NCBI GenBank assembly: GCA_046765795.1 | Contig: JBKPRH010000070.1 | Location: forward strand, 1-46,982 | From: Acidobacteriota bacterium | Lineage (GTDB): Bacteria > Acidobacteriota > Vicinamibacteria > Vicinamibacterales > UBA2999 | DNA: 46,982 nucleotides | Reading direction: 5' to 3' | In this document: in pieces, positions 36,164-44,541 of the stretch | Layout: each line of letters opens with the position of its first letter | How positions within the stretch are numbered: the first letter of the stretch is position 1 | The notes under the pieces: model-generated | Databases searched by the model: none | What the model saw: only the letters and a program-made list of their open reading frames with translations | What the model was told of the DNA's origin: nothing | Position numbers and translations under genes: made by a program

Positions 36164-37390
36164 CTACGGCACCTTCTCGACCTCGTCGGCCTCCGCATCG
36201 GCCAACGCGTCATCCGGCAGTCCCATCAATCCAACCTGCTTCAGCACCCGAGGCACCCGTTCAATCGGATCCGCAGGTCGCAGTTCATCGGCCGTCGTCA
36301 CTTCGAGCTCACGCAGACGACGGGCGCTGACGAGGATGCGGGACTCGAACGAGCCAGCGGCTTCGTTGTAGGCCTGCACGGCGCCGTCGAGGCGCTTCCT
36401 GATTTCGTCGAAACGGTCCGCAAATGTCGCCAGCCGCTCGTAGAACTCCTTTCCCAGGCGAGCGACTTCCCGATAGTTCTCGGTCAACGCCTCCTGTCGC
36501 CACGAATGCGCGACCGTGGTGAGCAGCGCGATCAGCGTCAGCGGGCTGGCGAGCAGTACGCGTTGCTGCAACCCGTGTTCGATCAGCGTCAGGTCGTGCT
36601 GCAAGGCCGCGCTGAACAGCGACTCGCCCGGAAGAAACATCACAACCATCTCAGGCGAGTTCCCGAGCTGATCCCAATAGGCCTTTGCTGCGAGGCGGTC
36701 CATATGATCGCGAACCTGCCGCGCATGACCCTGCAGGCGCGTCGTGCGCGCCCCCTCGTCTGTGGCGGACTGCGCTTCGAGGAATTGCTCGAGCGGTACT
36801 TTCGCGTCCACCACGATCTGCTTGCCGCCTGGTAGGTGAACGATCAGATCAGGACGGAATCGCCCGTTCTCGGTGAACAGGCCAGGCTGTTCATCGAAGT
36901 CGCAGCGTTGCAGCATGCCGGCCATTTCGACCACGCGCCGGAGCTGCAGTTCGCCCCAGCGGCCGCGGACTGCCGGCGTTCGCAGTGCATTGGCCAGGGT
37001 CGTCGCCGACGATCCGAGCGCGACGATCTGCTCCGAGAGGCGCGCGTACGACTCGATACGCTCGCGCTCGACATCGCCGAGTCGCTGGTCCACGCGTTTC
37101 AGCGTGTCGGCAATCGGTTGCCGATAGGCTTCGAATGAGGTCTTGGCGAGGTCGAAGAAGGACTTGCGATTGTCGTTCAGTGCCTGCGAGGCGAGCGCCT
37201 GAAACGTCTCGCGTATTCGCTGGTCGGCCTTGTCGAGCAGGGCCTGCTGTGAGGCGGCGAGCTCCGCAGCGGCGGCAGCGCGAGCCTCCGCCAGTTGCCG
37301 CGCGGTCGTGCTGCGCATCACGATCACAACGATGCCGGCGGCCACGGCGGCAGCGACGATCGGAATAACGATTTCCATGGATAGACCCAT
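36164..37390 (-). CDS. rmuC: DNA recombination protein RmuC
   Basis: An N-terminal TM (IVIPIVAAAVAAGIVVIV) and a long coiled-coil are followed by the RmuC nuclease-like core RPDLIVHLPGGKQIVVDAKVPLEQFLEA...VVMFLPGESLFSAAL. Confidence 0.8.
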   Translation of the reverse strand: MGLSMEIVIPIVAAAVAAGIVVIVMRSTTARQLAEARAAAAAELAASQQALLDKADQRIRETFQALASQALNDNRKSFFDLAKTSFEAYRQPIADTLKRVDQRLGDVERERIESYARLSEQIVALGSSATTLANALRTPAVRGRWGELQLRRVVEMAGMLQRCDFDEQPGLFTENGRFRPDLIVHLPGGKQIVVDAKVPLEQFLEAQSATDEGARTTRLQGHARQVRDHMDRLAAKAYWDQLGNSPEMVVMFLPGESLFSAALQHDLTLIEHGLQQRVLLASPLTLIALLTTVAHSWRQEALTENYREVARLGKEFYERLATFADRFDEIRKRLDGAVQAYNEAAGSFESRILVSARRLRELEVTTADELRPADPIERVPRVLKQVGLMGLPDDALADAEADEVEKVP

Positions 37391-37536
37391 TGTGATCGAC
37401 TTACGAAATCAGTCAAATCGGCAACCGATTCGTGATCGATGCAGGGTCAAATTCGCGCAGTCCGAACCACGAGCGCGCAATCCTTCAACGTTTTCCTAGC
37501 TGTGCCGTCGGCGCGACCGTTGCACGTGCGGTGAAG

Positions 37537-38451
37537 ATGGCTGGGGAAACCGATCACACACCGTCGGTAACAGAGGACGGGTTCGGTGCCCGTTCGGTGA
37601 TTGTTGATTCGCAGCACGGAAGGATCGAACGGCTCGATCTCACCCCTGCGCTCAGCGCACCCGCCTCGGAGCAGGCCATCCGCGCCCGTGCCGCGTACCA
37701 CAACAGCCTCGAAGACAATCCACTCGGCCGTGTCGTACGAATCTCACGGAAGGGCGAGTCGCTCTCTGTGTTCAGCACGTCGCCTGATGGCGTGCCCCTG
37801 TCGGAGCTGCTGGCCGCCCTCGAATTCAACACGATCTCGCTTTCCGGCGAAGAGCTCCTCGAGCTGGCTGCTTCCATTGTGACGGCGCTTGGAAGGATGC
37901 ACGAGCGCATGCCGACCATCGCTCACGGTGCGGTCACGCCCTCACACATCGTGCTGCAGCGCGATGGCTCGACCGTGCTGACCGGCGCAATGTTCGGCGA
38001 TGCGTTGCAGGCGCTTCAGCTGAGCCGCGAACATCTGTGGCGCGATTTCGGCATCGCCCTGCCAGCGTCGGCCACCACTGCCCGCTTCGATCAGCGCGGT
38101 GATGTGAGTCAACTCGGTGCGGTGGTTCTGGCCATCACACAGCGGCGCAGTCTTCGGTCGGACGAGTACCCGAAGAACACGCAAGAGATGGCGATGTCAG
38201 TCAGCGTGACCGGCAATCCGATCACCGACTCGAAAGTGCGTACGTGGCTACAGGATGCACTTCAGCTGCACGGACGCGTATCGTTCTCCTCGGGTATTGA
38301 TGCGGCACGCGCGTTCCACGATGCGCTGCGAGCCCCCGCTGAACGAATGCTCGAAGCACTCACACTCCAGGCGGCGATTCGTCAACTGTGCGGCGACGCC
38401 GACAGCTCGGCCGTCATCGAAGGCATCCTTCCGCACCAGCGCGCGAGTTGA
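37537..38451 (+). CDS. Cytoplasmic kinase-fold protein lacking catalytic residues (pseudokinase-like)
   Basis: It aligns by eye to the C-lobe of the bona fide kinase at 45140: LSGEELLELAASIVTALGRMHE..IAHGAVTPSHIVLQRDGSTVLTGAMFG versus LSAAEAVLIGEDLCRALSAVHRAGFIHRDVKAKNVMRDDNGRIVLMDFG. Also GDVSQLGAVVLAI versus SDVYSLGVLLYYL, and ARAFHDAL versus ASELLDAL. HRD has become HGA, the catalytic-loop K/N have become T/H, and DFG has become AMFG. No Gly-loop or VAIK lysine was seen. The start is the ATG at 37537; the track uses the GTG at 37432. Confidence 0.5.
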   Translation: MAGETDHTPSVTEDGFGARSVIVDSQHGRIERLDLTPALSAPASEQAIRARAAYHNSLEDNPLGRVVRISRKGESLSVFSTSPDGVPLSELLAALEFNTISLSGEELLELAASIVTALGRMHERMPTIAHGAVTPSHIVLQRDGSTVLTGAMFGDALQALQLSREHLWRDFGIALPASATTARFDQRGDVSQLGAVVLAITQRRSLRSDEYPKNTQEMAMSVSVTGNPITDSKVRTWLQDALQLHGRVSFSSGIDAARAFHDALRAPAERMLEALTLQAAIRQLCGDADSSAVIEGILPHQRAS

Positions 38452-38455
38452 TACC

Positions 38456-39733
38456 ATGCGGCGCGTCGCGGCGCGAGTGCCGCACGAACGAGCCATGGTC
38501 CGCGTTACGCTCATCGCCTTCTCGCTCCTCGTCCTCGCTGGCTGCGCTGACGAGGATGCACCGCCGCCGCCGCGTGTCTCCGGTGCGGATGTTTACCTGA
38601 GACCAGACACCACGGCCATTCGGGGCATCGTCCCAAGCCGCAGCACCATGGACTCGATGTTGCGCGCACAGGGACTGGATGCTTCTGCTGTCGAGGAGGT
38701 CGTCGCCGCGGCGCGGGCAGTCTTCGATCCCCGGAGATTGCGATCGCTTCAGCCGTTTCTGCTCGAGCGCACGCTCGATGGAGCACTGCGACTCTTCGAG
38801 TACGAAATCGACAACGACTCGTTCCTGCGAATCACGAAGACGCCAGACGACACAAGCGGCGTGCGCGCTGAAGTGCTGCCCATTCCGAAAACACTCGAGA
38901 CGGTGACCGCGTCCGGGGAGATCGGTGAAGCCACACCGTCGCTGTTCCAGTCGATCGAAGCGGCCGGCGAAGGCGTCGATCTCGCTATCGCGATGGCGGA
39001 GGTCTTCGCGGGTGAGATCGATTTCAACACCGATCTGCAGCCAGGGGATCACTATACGGTCACGTTCGAGCGCTTCCGCCGCGAGGGCCGGCCCAATTCG
39101 TATGGCGTCATCACCGCGGCGCGATTCGAGAATGACGGCCGCACGCTTCTCGCATTTCGATTCACGTCGCCGGGCAACAAACCCGACTACTACGACCAGA
39201 ACGGCCGTTCGCTCAAGAGATTCTTCCTGCGATCCCCACTCAAGTTCGTGCCGCAGGTAACGTCTGGGTTCTCGTCGCGACGCATGCATCCTGTGCTGCA
39301 TACCGCGAGGGCGCATCGCGGTGTTGATTACGCGGCGCCCTCAGGGGCCCCAGTTGTCTCGATCGCCGCCGGCCGCGTCGTGTCCGCCACCTTCGACAAC
39401 GCGAACGGACGCATGGTGCGGGTGCGTCATTCATCGGGATACGAGTCGTACTACTTGCACCTGTCGGCATTCGCACCCGGCATCAAAGCCGGTGCATCGA
39501 TCAGTCAGGGCGAGTCCATCGGCCGCGTCGGTGCCACGGGCCTCGCGACGGGACCGCATTTGCATTACGGTCTGAAGAAGAACGGGGTATTCGTGAATCC
39601 GCTGCAGGCGCATCGCAATCTTCCACCAGGCGATCCCGTTCCTGCGTCCGCGATGGCGGCCTTTACCGCGGAGCGCGACCATGCGCTCGCGGCGCTCGGC
39701 CCCGCGCAGACGACACCCGTCGCTACCCGTTAG
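38456..39733 (+). CDS. M23-family (LytM-type) metallopeptidase, probable lipoprotein
   Basis: The lipobox-like sequence is LIAFSLLVLAGC. M23 motifs are HRGVDYAAPSGAPVVSIAAGRV...VRVRHSSGYESYYLHLS...VGATGLATGPHLHYGL. The start is the ATG at 38456, 4 nt after the upstream TGA. An alternative in-frame ATG start lies at 38495. Confidence 0.8.
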   Translation: MRRVAARVPHERAMVRVTLIAFSLLVLAGCADEDAPPPPRVSGADVYLRPDTTAIRGIVPSRSTMDSMLRAQGLDASAVEEVVAAARAVFDPRRLRSLQPFLLERTLDGALRLFEYEIDNDSFLRITKTPDDTSGVRAEVLPIPKTLETVTASGEIGEATPSLFQSIEAAGEGVDLAIAMAEVFAGEIDFNTDLQPGDHYTVTFERFRREGRPNSYGVITAARFENDGRTLLAFRFTSPGNKPDYYDQNGRSLKRFFLRSPLKFVPQVTSGFSSRRMHPVLHTARAHRGVDYAAPSGAPVVSIAAGRVVSATFDNANGRMVRVRHSSGYESYYLHLSAFAPGIKAGASISQGESIGRVGATGLATGPHLHYGLKKNGVFVNPLQAHRNLPPGDPVPASAMAAFTAERDHALAALGPAQTTPVATR

Positions 39734-39741
39734 AATGCCGT

Positions 39742-40959
39742 ATGGCGGCTCTCGCGCCCTTTCGCGCGCTTCGTCCGGCTCCGTCCGCCGCGGCGCGCGT
39801 CGCGGCCGTACCCTACGACGTGGTCAACGCTGACGAAGCTCGCACGCTGGCGGACGGAAATCCTCTCAGCTTTCTCCATGTGTCTCGGGCGGAGATCGAT
39901 TGCCCGCGCGACATCGATCCGCATACCGACGCGGTGTACGGAAAGGCGGTCGACAACTTCGATCGTTTGAAGCGCGAGGCACCGCTCGTCGTCGAGAACG
40001 CGCCCAGCATCTACGTCTATCGCCTGCAAATGGGCGACGTGACGCAGACCGGCATCGCGGCCTGCTACTCGCTCGACGAGTACGACCACGATGTGATCAA
40101 GAAGCACGAACGCACGCGGCCGGACAAAGAAGATGACCGCACCAGACACCTGATCGCGCTGCGTGCGCAGACCGGTCCCGTCTTCTTGATCCATCGCACC
40201 GAAGCGGCGATCGATCGTCTTGTCGATCAGGTCGTCGCCACCCAGGCGCCGCTTTACGATTTCACCGCGCCGGATGAGGTGCGACACACCGTGTGGCGTG
40301 TGGATGCTCCGCTTCAGCGGCCGCTCATCGACGCGTTCTCCGCGGTGCCGACGTTGTATATCGCCGACGGCCATCATCGTGCGGCGAGCGCTGCGCGTGC
40401 GCGCCGGCAATTGCGCGCAGGCGGTGCGAACGCGGGTGAGTGGGACACGTTTCTCGCTGTCGCGTTCCCCGCGTCGCAAGTGCGCATACTTCCGTACAAC
40501 CGGCTGGTGACGGATCTCGGCGACAGAACGCCGGACGCATTTTTAGAGGCGGTTCGTCAGCGATTCACGGTGCAGGAGGGTGCTCCGGTACCGGTGCGTG
40601 GCGGCGATGTGTCGATGTTCCTGAACGGGAAGTGGCACACGATCACGCTCGGTCAGGCCGGTGCGGGCGAAGCAACGGATCGTCTCGACGTGAGCCGGCT
40701 GCAAGACTTGATTCTGAGTCCGTTGCTTGGAATCGGCGATCCACGATCGAGCACGCGCATCGAGTTCGTCGGCGGGTTGCGCGGGACCGGGGAGCTCGAG
40801 CGTGCGGTGCAGTCTGGGCGAGCAGCGGTGGCGTTTTCGCTGTACCCGGTCAGCGTGCACGACCTCATGACGATCGCCGATGACGGCGGGATCATGCCGC
40901 CAAAGTCCACCTGGTTTGAGCCCAAGCTGCGCGACGGTCTGCTATCTCACGTGATTTGA
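39742..40959 (+). CDS. DUF1015-family protein
   Basis: The N-terminus LAPFRALRPAPSAAARVAAVPYDVVNADEAR...NPLSFLHVSRAEID and the blocks KKHERTRPDKEDDRTRHL...YIADGHHRAASA...LPYNRLV are as I recall for DUF1015. It sits directly upstream of serC. Confidence 0.7.
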   Translation: MAALAPFRALRPAPSAAARVAAVPYDVVNADEARTLADGNPLSFLHVSRAEIDCPRDIDPHTDAVYGKAVDNFDRLKREAPLVVENAPSIYVYRLQMGDVTQTGIAACYSLDEYDHDVIKKHERTRPDKEDDRTRHLIALRAQTGPVFLIHRTEAAIDRLVDQVVATQAPLYDFTAPDEVRHTVWRVDAPLQRPLIDAFSAVPTLYIADGHHRAASAARARRQLRAGGANAGEWDTFLAVAFPASQVRILPYNRLVTDLGDRTPDAFLEAVRQRFTVQEGAPVPVRGGDVSMFLNGKWHTITLGQAGAGEATDRLDVSRLQDLILSPLLGIGDPRSSTRIEFVGGLRGTGELERAVQSGRAAVAFSLYPVSVHDLMTIADDGGIMPPKSTWFEPKLRDGLLSHVI

Positions 40960-41031
40960 AGCCCGGCTAAAGCCGGACGCAACAGGCGAAAGTAAGACAA
41001 TCGCCTTCGGCCCTCGGAGTACGCTAGCCAC

Positions 41032-42117
41032 ATGTCCTCACGCATTTTTAATTTCTCAGCTGGTCCCGCAGTGATGCCGCTGCCTGTGCTCGAGCAGGCG
41101 CAGCGCGAACTCGTCACGCTGCCTGGCGTCGGCATGTCGGTGATGGAGATCAGCCATCGCTCCAAGACCTTTGAGGATCTGCTCAATGGTGCGATTGCCG
41201 ACATCCGTGAGTTGGCCAACGTGCCATCACACTATCGACTGCTGATGCTGCAGGGCGGCGCCAGCCTGCAGTTCTCGATGGTGCCGATGAACCTGTTGTC
41301 ATCGGGTTCGACCGCTGACTACATCGACACGGGGACATGGGCGGACAAGGCGATCAAAGAGGCCAAGCGTGTCGGACGCGTGAACGTCACAGGATCCACG
41401 AAGGCCAGCAACTACAATCGCATTCCGGCCGCGCGCGAGCTGACGCTGACGCCTGATGCCGCGTACGTCCACATCACCTCGAACAACACCATCGAAGGGA
41501 CGCAGTGGCACACGCTGCCGGACACCGGCAACGTGCCGCTCGTCGCCGACGCCTCGTCTGACATCTTCAGTCGCCCGACGGACATCGGACGGTTCGGCCT
41601 CATCTACGCTGGCGCGCAAAAAAATCTCGGCCCGTCCGGCGTCACGCTGGTGATCGTTCGCGAGGATCTGCTGTCACGCGCTCACGCCGATCTGCCGACG
41701 ATGTTGAGTTACAAGGTGCAGTCGGACAACAACTCGCTCTACAACACGCCCAATACGTTCGGCGTCTACATCCTTGGCCTCACGATGAAATGGCTCAAAT
41801 CGCTCGGTGGACTGGCGGCGATCGCGCGCGTGAACGAGCACAAAGCCTCGACGCTGTACGCCGAGGTCGATCGAACCGGGTTCTATCGCGGCACGGCGGA
41901 GAAAGAGAGCCGTTCGCTGATGAACGTGACGTTCCGTCTTCCGAGCGAGGCGCTCGAGAAGGAGTTCGAGAAGGCCGCGACCAAAGCGGGTCTCGATGGA
42001 TTGAAAGGACACCGACTGGTCGGCGGCATGCGCGCCTCGATCTACAACGCGTTTCCTGAGGAAGGCGTGGCCGCGCTCGTGCAGTTCATGCGCGAATTCG
42101 AGCGCACGAAGGGCTAA
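41032..42117 (+). CDS. serC: Phosphoserine aminotransferase
   Basis: IFNFSAGPAVMPLPVLEQAQRELV...GMSVMEISHRSKTFE...MLQGGASLQF...YAGAQKNLGPSGVTLVIVRED...GGMRASIYNA. Confidence 0.9.
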   Translation: MSSRIFNFSAGPAVMPLPVLEQAQRELVTLPGVGMSVMEISHRSKTFEDLLNGAIADIRELANVPSHYRLLMLQGGASLQFSMVPMNLLSSGSTADYIDTGTWADKAIKEAKRVGRVNVTGSTKASNYNRIPAARELTLTPDAAYVHITSNNTIEGTQWHTLPDTGNVPLVADASSDIFSRPTDIGRFGLIYAGAQKNLGPSGVTLVIVREDLLSRAHADLPTMLSYKVQSDNNSLYNTPNTFGVYILGLTMKWLKSLGGLAAIARVNEHKASTLYAEVDRTGFYRGTAEKESRSLMNVTFRLPSEALEKEFEKAATKAGLDGLKGHRLVGGMRASIYNAFPEEGVAALVQFMREFERTKG

Positions 42118-42126
42118 AAGGGCGAA

Positions 42127-43425
42127 TTACGAAGGGGGCGTCGAGCGAGTTCGGCGGCGCCGTCGACGGCGTCTCCGTCGTGGTGGACGCTCCGCGCCTT
42201 GTGCGTCGCCTTCGTAGGCGCCGGCCGCCTCGATGAATCCGCGCCAGTGTTCGATGACTTCCGGCGCTCCACCGTGAATCTCCAGCCACGTCATCGCTTC
42301 GCGAAACGGCCCGCGATGCATCAACGCACGCTTGGCGCGCGGTGAGAGATTCATATCCATCAGCCGTTGTTGCAACGCGAGGATCTGCCGCAGGCGTTCG
42401 ACGTCGCGTCGCGCCAGCGGCAGCATGCCGATTGCGAGACGCGGCTCCTTCTTGCGATCTTCTTCCGTTCCGAACACAGGCAGCAGACTCCGTAGCGAGT
42501 AACCCAGCGGAATCAGCAAGGAGCCGAGGAGGATGGCGTTGGTCAGCGTGTCGGGGATGTCCACGAATCGCTGGCGGTACGCGTCGAGTGCGCCGAGCGA
42601 TCGCCACAAGCGCGTTTCGGCATTGCGTTGCAGTTCGTGAGCGATCGGTTCGAGCAACCGCCGTTCGGCCAGCATTCGGAAGGCCTGTTCCGATGCGCCA
42701 GAGCGAAGCAGCTTGTAGAACTCCTCGATCAGTCGCGCGGGCGCGCTGCGCGCGATCTCGCCACGTGTGCGCGCGATCGCGTCATCGATCGGCGCGTCAA
42801 TCCGGAACCCCAGGCGTGCGGCCATCGCTACCGCTCTGAGCATCCGGACCGGGTCTTCCTGGAATCGCTCGGTCGGATCACCGATGCAGCGAACCAGGCC
42901 CGCGCGGAGATCATCGAGTCCGCCGGTGTAGTCGATGATCGAGAAATTCGCGATGTCGTAGAACAGCGCGTTGATCGTGAAGTCGCGACGGAACGCGTCC
43001 TCCTCGGGCGTGCCGAACGTGTTGTCTCGATGCATCAGGCGATCGAGCGACTCGTCGCTTTCCGTGCGCATCGCCGTTTCCGGCTGAGGTTCATCCGCTG
43101 CAGCGAGTTCCTCCTGGCTGACTGGACGGCGGAACGTCGCGACTTCGATGGTCTTGGTTCCAAAGCGGACGTGCGCCAGACGGAAGCGTCGGCCGATGAT
43201 CCAGCAGTTCCGGAACAGCTTCTTGATTTGATAGGGATGCGCCGACGTCCCGATATCGAAATCCTTCGGACGACGGCCGAGGAGCAGGTCGCGGACGCTG
43301 CCGCCGACCAGATAGGCGATGTAGTTGCTTTGATGAAGCCGATAGAGCACCTTCAACGCATCGGGATCGATCTGCTTCCGCGAAATCGAATGCGCCTCCC
43401 GCGCGATGATGACCGGCTCACTCAT
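42127..43425 (-). CDS. pcnB: Poly(A) polymerase I-type nucleotidyltransferase (PcnB-like) with an Arg-rich C-terminal tail
   Basis: [61 protein letters not shown] closely parallels E. coli PcnB as I recall it (VGGGVRDLLLGKKPKDFDV...[28 protein letters not shown]). The C-terminus is ...[21 protein letters not shown]. Confidence 0.8.
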   Translation of the reverse strand: [432 protein letters not shown]

Positions 43426-43441
43426 CGGAAACCGATGGTAA

Positions 43442-43500
43442 CAACTTCAACTCCCAAGTCCCAACTCCCGAGCCTGATTGGGCGTTGGGAGTTCAAGTTG
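43442..43500. promoter_or_regulatory. Imperfect 16-bp inverted repeat (15/16) with a nested 5-bp stem, in the pcnB / secreted-protein divergent intergenic region
   Basis: CAACTTCAACTCCCAA (43442-43457) pairs with TTGGGAGTTCAAGTTG (43485-43500). Inner CCCAA (43460-43464) pairs with TTGGG (43478-43482). CAACTCCC also occurs twice as a direct repeat. Confidence 0.3.
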
Positions 43501-43515
43501 GAATACCATCGAGGC

Positions 43516-44325
43516 ATGCGGACCTTGCGCACAGCAGCAGTGGTGCTGGTCCTTTTCGGACTGGTTCCGGCGGCGTGGGCGGCCGAGCCGCCGGCGCTCG
43601 CCAAAGCACGGACGCTCTACAACTCGGCGAATTACGAAGGTGCCATCGACGCTGCTGCCGTCGCCCGTCGTCAGCCGGCATGGGCGGATGCCGCGGCTCT
43701 CGTGATGGCTCGATCCTATATCGAGCGATACCGGCAGAACATGGACGCCAAGGACCTCGTGGCCGCACGCGAGGCGTTCGTCGCGATCAATGCGTCCTCA
43801 CTGACGCCTCGAGACCAGGTGGACCTGATTATCGGGCTCGGGCAGTCGTTATATCTGAGCGAGATCTTTGGGTCGGCGGCAAACCTCTTTTCCACGGCGT
43901 TGGCGCGGTCGACGCTGTTGGGTCCACGCGACAAGCAGCTGCTCCTCGACTGGTGGGCCACGGCGATGGACCGCGATGCACAGACGCGTCCCGCCGATCG
44001 CCGGCGCATCGTCTTCGAGCAGATCAATGCCCGGATGGACGAGGAGCTTCGTCTGGATCCAGGGAGCGCCGTGGCCAACTACTGGCAGGCCGTCGCCTTG
44101 CGAGGAATGGGAGATGTCGAGGGCGCCTGGCACGCCGCCATCGCTGGCTGGGTCCGCTCCACGTTGTCTCCCGAGACGACCAGCGAGCTTCGCGCCGACC
44201 TCGACCGTTTGGTCAATCAGGCGCTGATTCCCGAACGTTCCCGGGTCATGTCCGTCCGGGATCCTCAGGAAGCGGTGACCGCCCTCCGCGCCGAGTGGGA
44301 ACTCGTCAAGCAGCAGTGGAAATGA
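43516..44325 (+). CDS. Secreted all-helical (TPR-like?) protein of unknown function
   Basis: The internal ATG at 43516 gives the signal peptide MRTLRTAAVVLVLFGLVPAAWAAEP. The remainder is helical and Ala/Leu/Arg-rich (ARTLYNSANYEGAIDAA...). The upstream part of the track ORF (42628-43515) is antisense to pcnB and was rejected. Confidence 0.5.
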   Translation: MRTLRTAAVVLVLFGLVPAAWAAEPPALAKARTLYNSANYEGAIDAAAVARRQPAWADAAALVMARSYIERYRQNMDAKDLVAAREAFVAINASSLTPRDQVDLIIGLGQSLYLSEIFGSAANLFSTALARSTLLGPRDKQLLLDWWATAMDRDAQTRPADRRRIVFEQINARMDEELRLDPGSAVANYWQAVALRGMGDVEGAWHAAIAGWVRSTLSPETTSELRADLDRLVNQALIPERSRVMSVRDPQEAVTALRAEWELVKQQWK

Positions 44326-44541
44326 CGCCGTAACGCCGTTCAGAACAATAGCAGCTCTTCAGCAAGCGCAGACTGTTCAAAACCCCGCTGCCCGACGTTG
44401 TGATCGGTGAGTAGCTCTGTCTACGGAGTACCGAACATGGCGACTGGCAAGACCGTGTGGTCGAGCGGTGTTTCCGCTTCGGCGCTGCCATTCCCGCGAG
44501 TATTATCCCGAGAGGAGGTTGCCGGACCTGGCAGCCTTGTC

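Noticed and set aside
39730-40479. A 249-aa ORF on the - strand
   Set aside because: It is antisense to the DUF1015 gene and has no motifs. It is a shadow ORF.
42136-42186. The Arg-run coding DNA in the pcnB 3' end, considered as a tandem DNA repeat
   Set aside because: The codons are mixed (CGN variants) with no exact nucleotide periodicity. It is a compositional feature of the protein, not a DNA repeat.
42628-43515. The upstream two-thirds of the 565-aa + ORF
   Set aside because: It is antisense to pcnB. A signal peptide begins at the internal ATG at 43516, which I take as the real start.
44407-44541. A 45-codon extension upstream of the ECF sigma gene
   Set aside because: The sequence (MSSSVYGVPNMATGKTVWSSG...) does not resemble sigma region 1 or 2 and lies in the likely promoter and 5'-UTR region. 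However, the GGAGG at 44514-44518 is ~24 nt from the chosen ATG, so the start is not certain.
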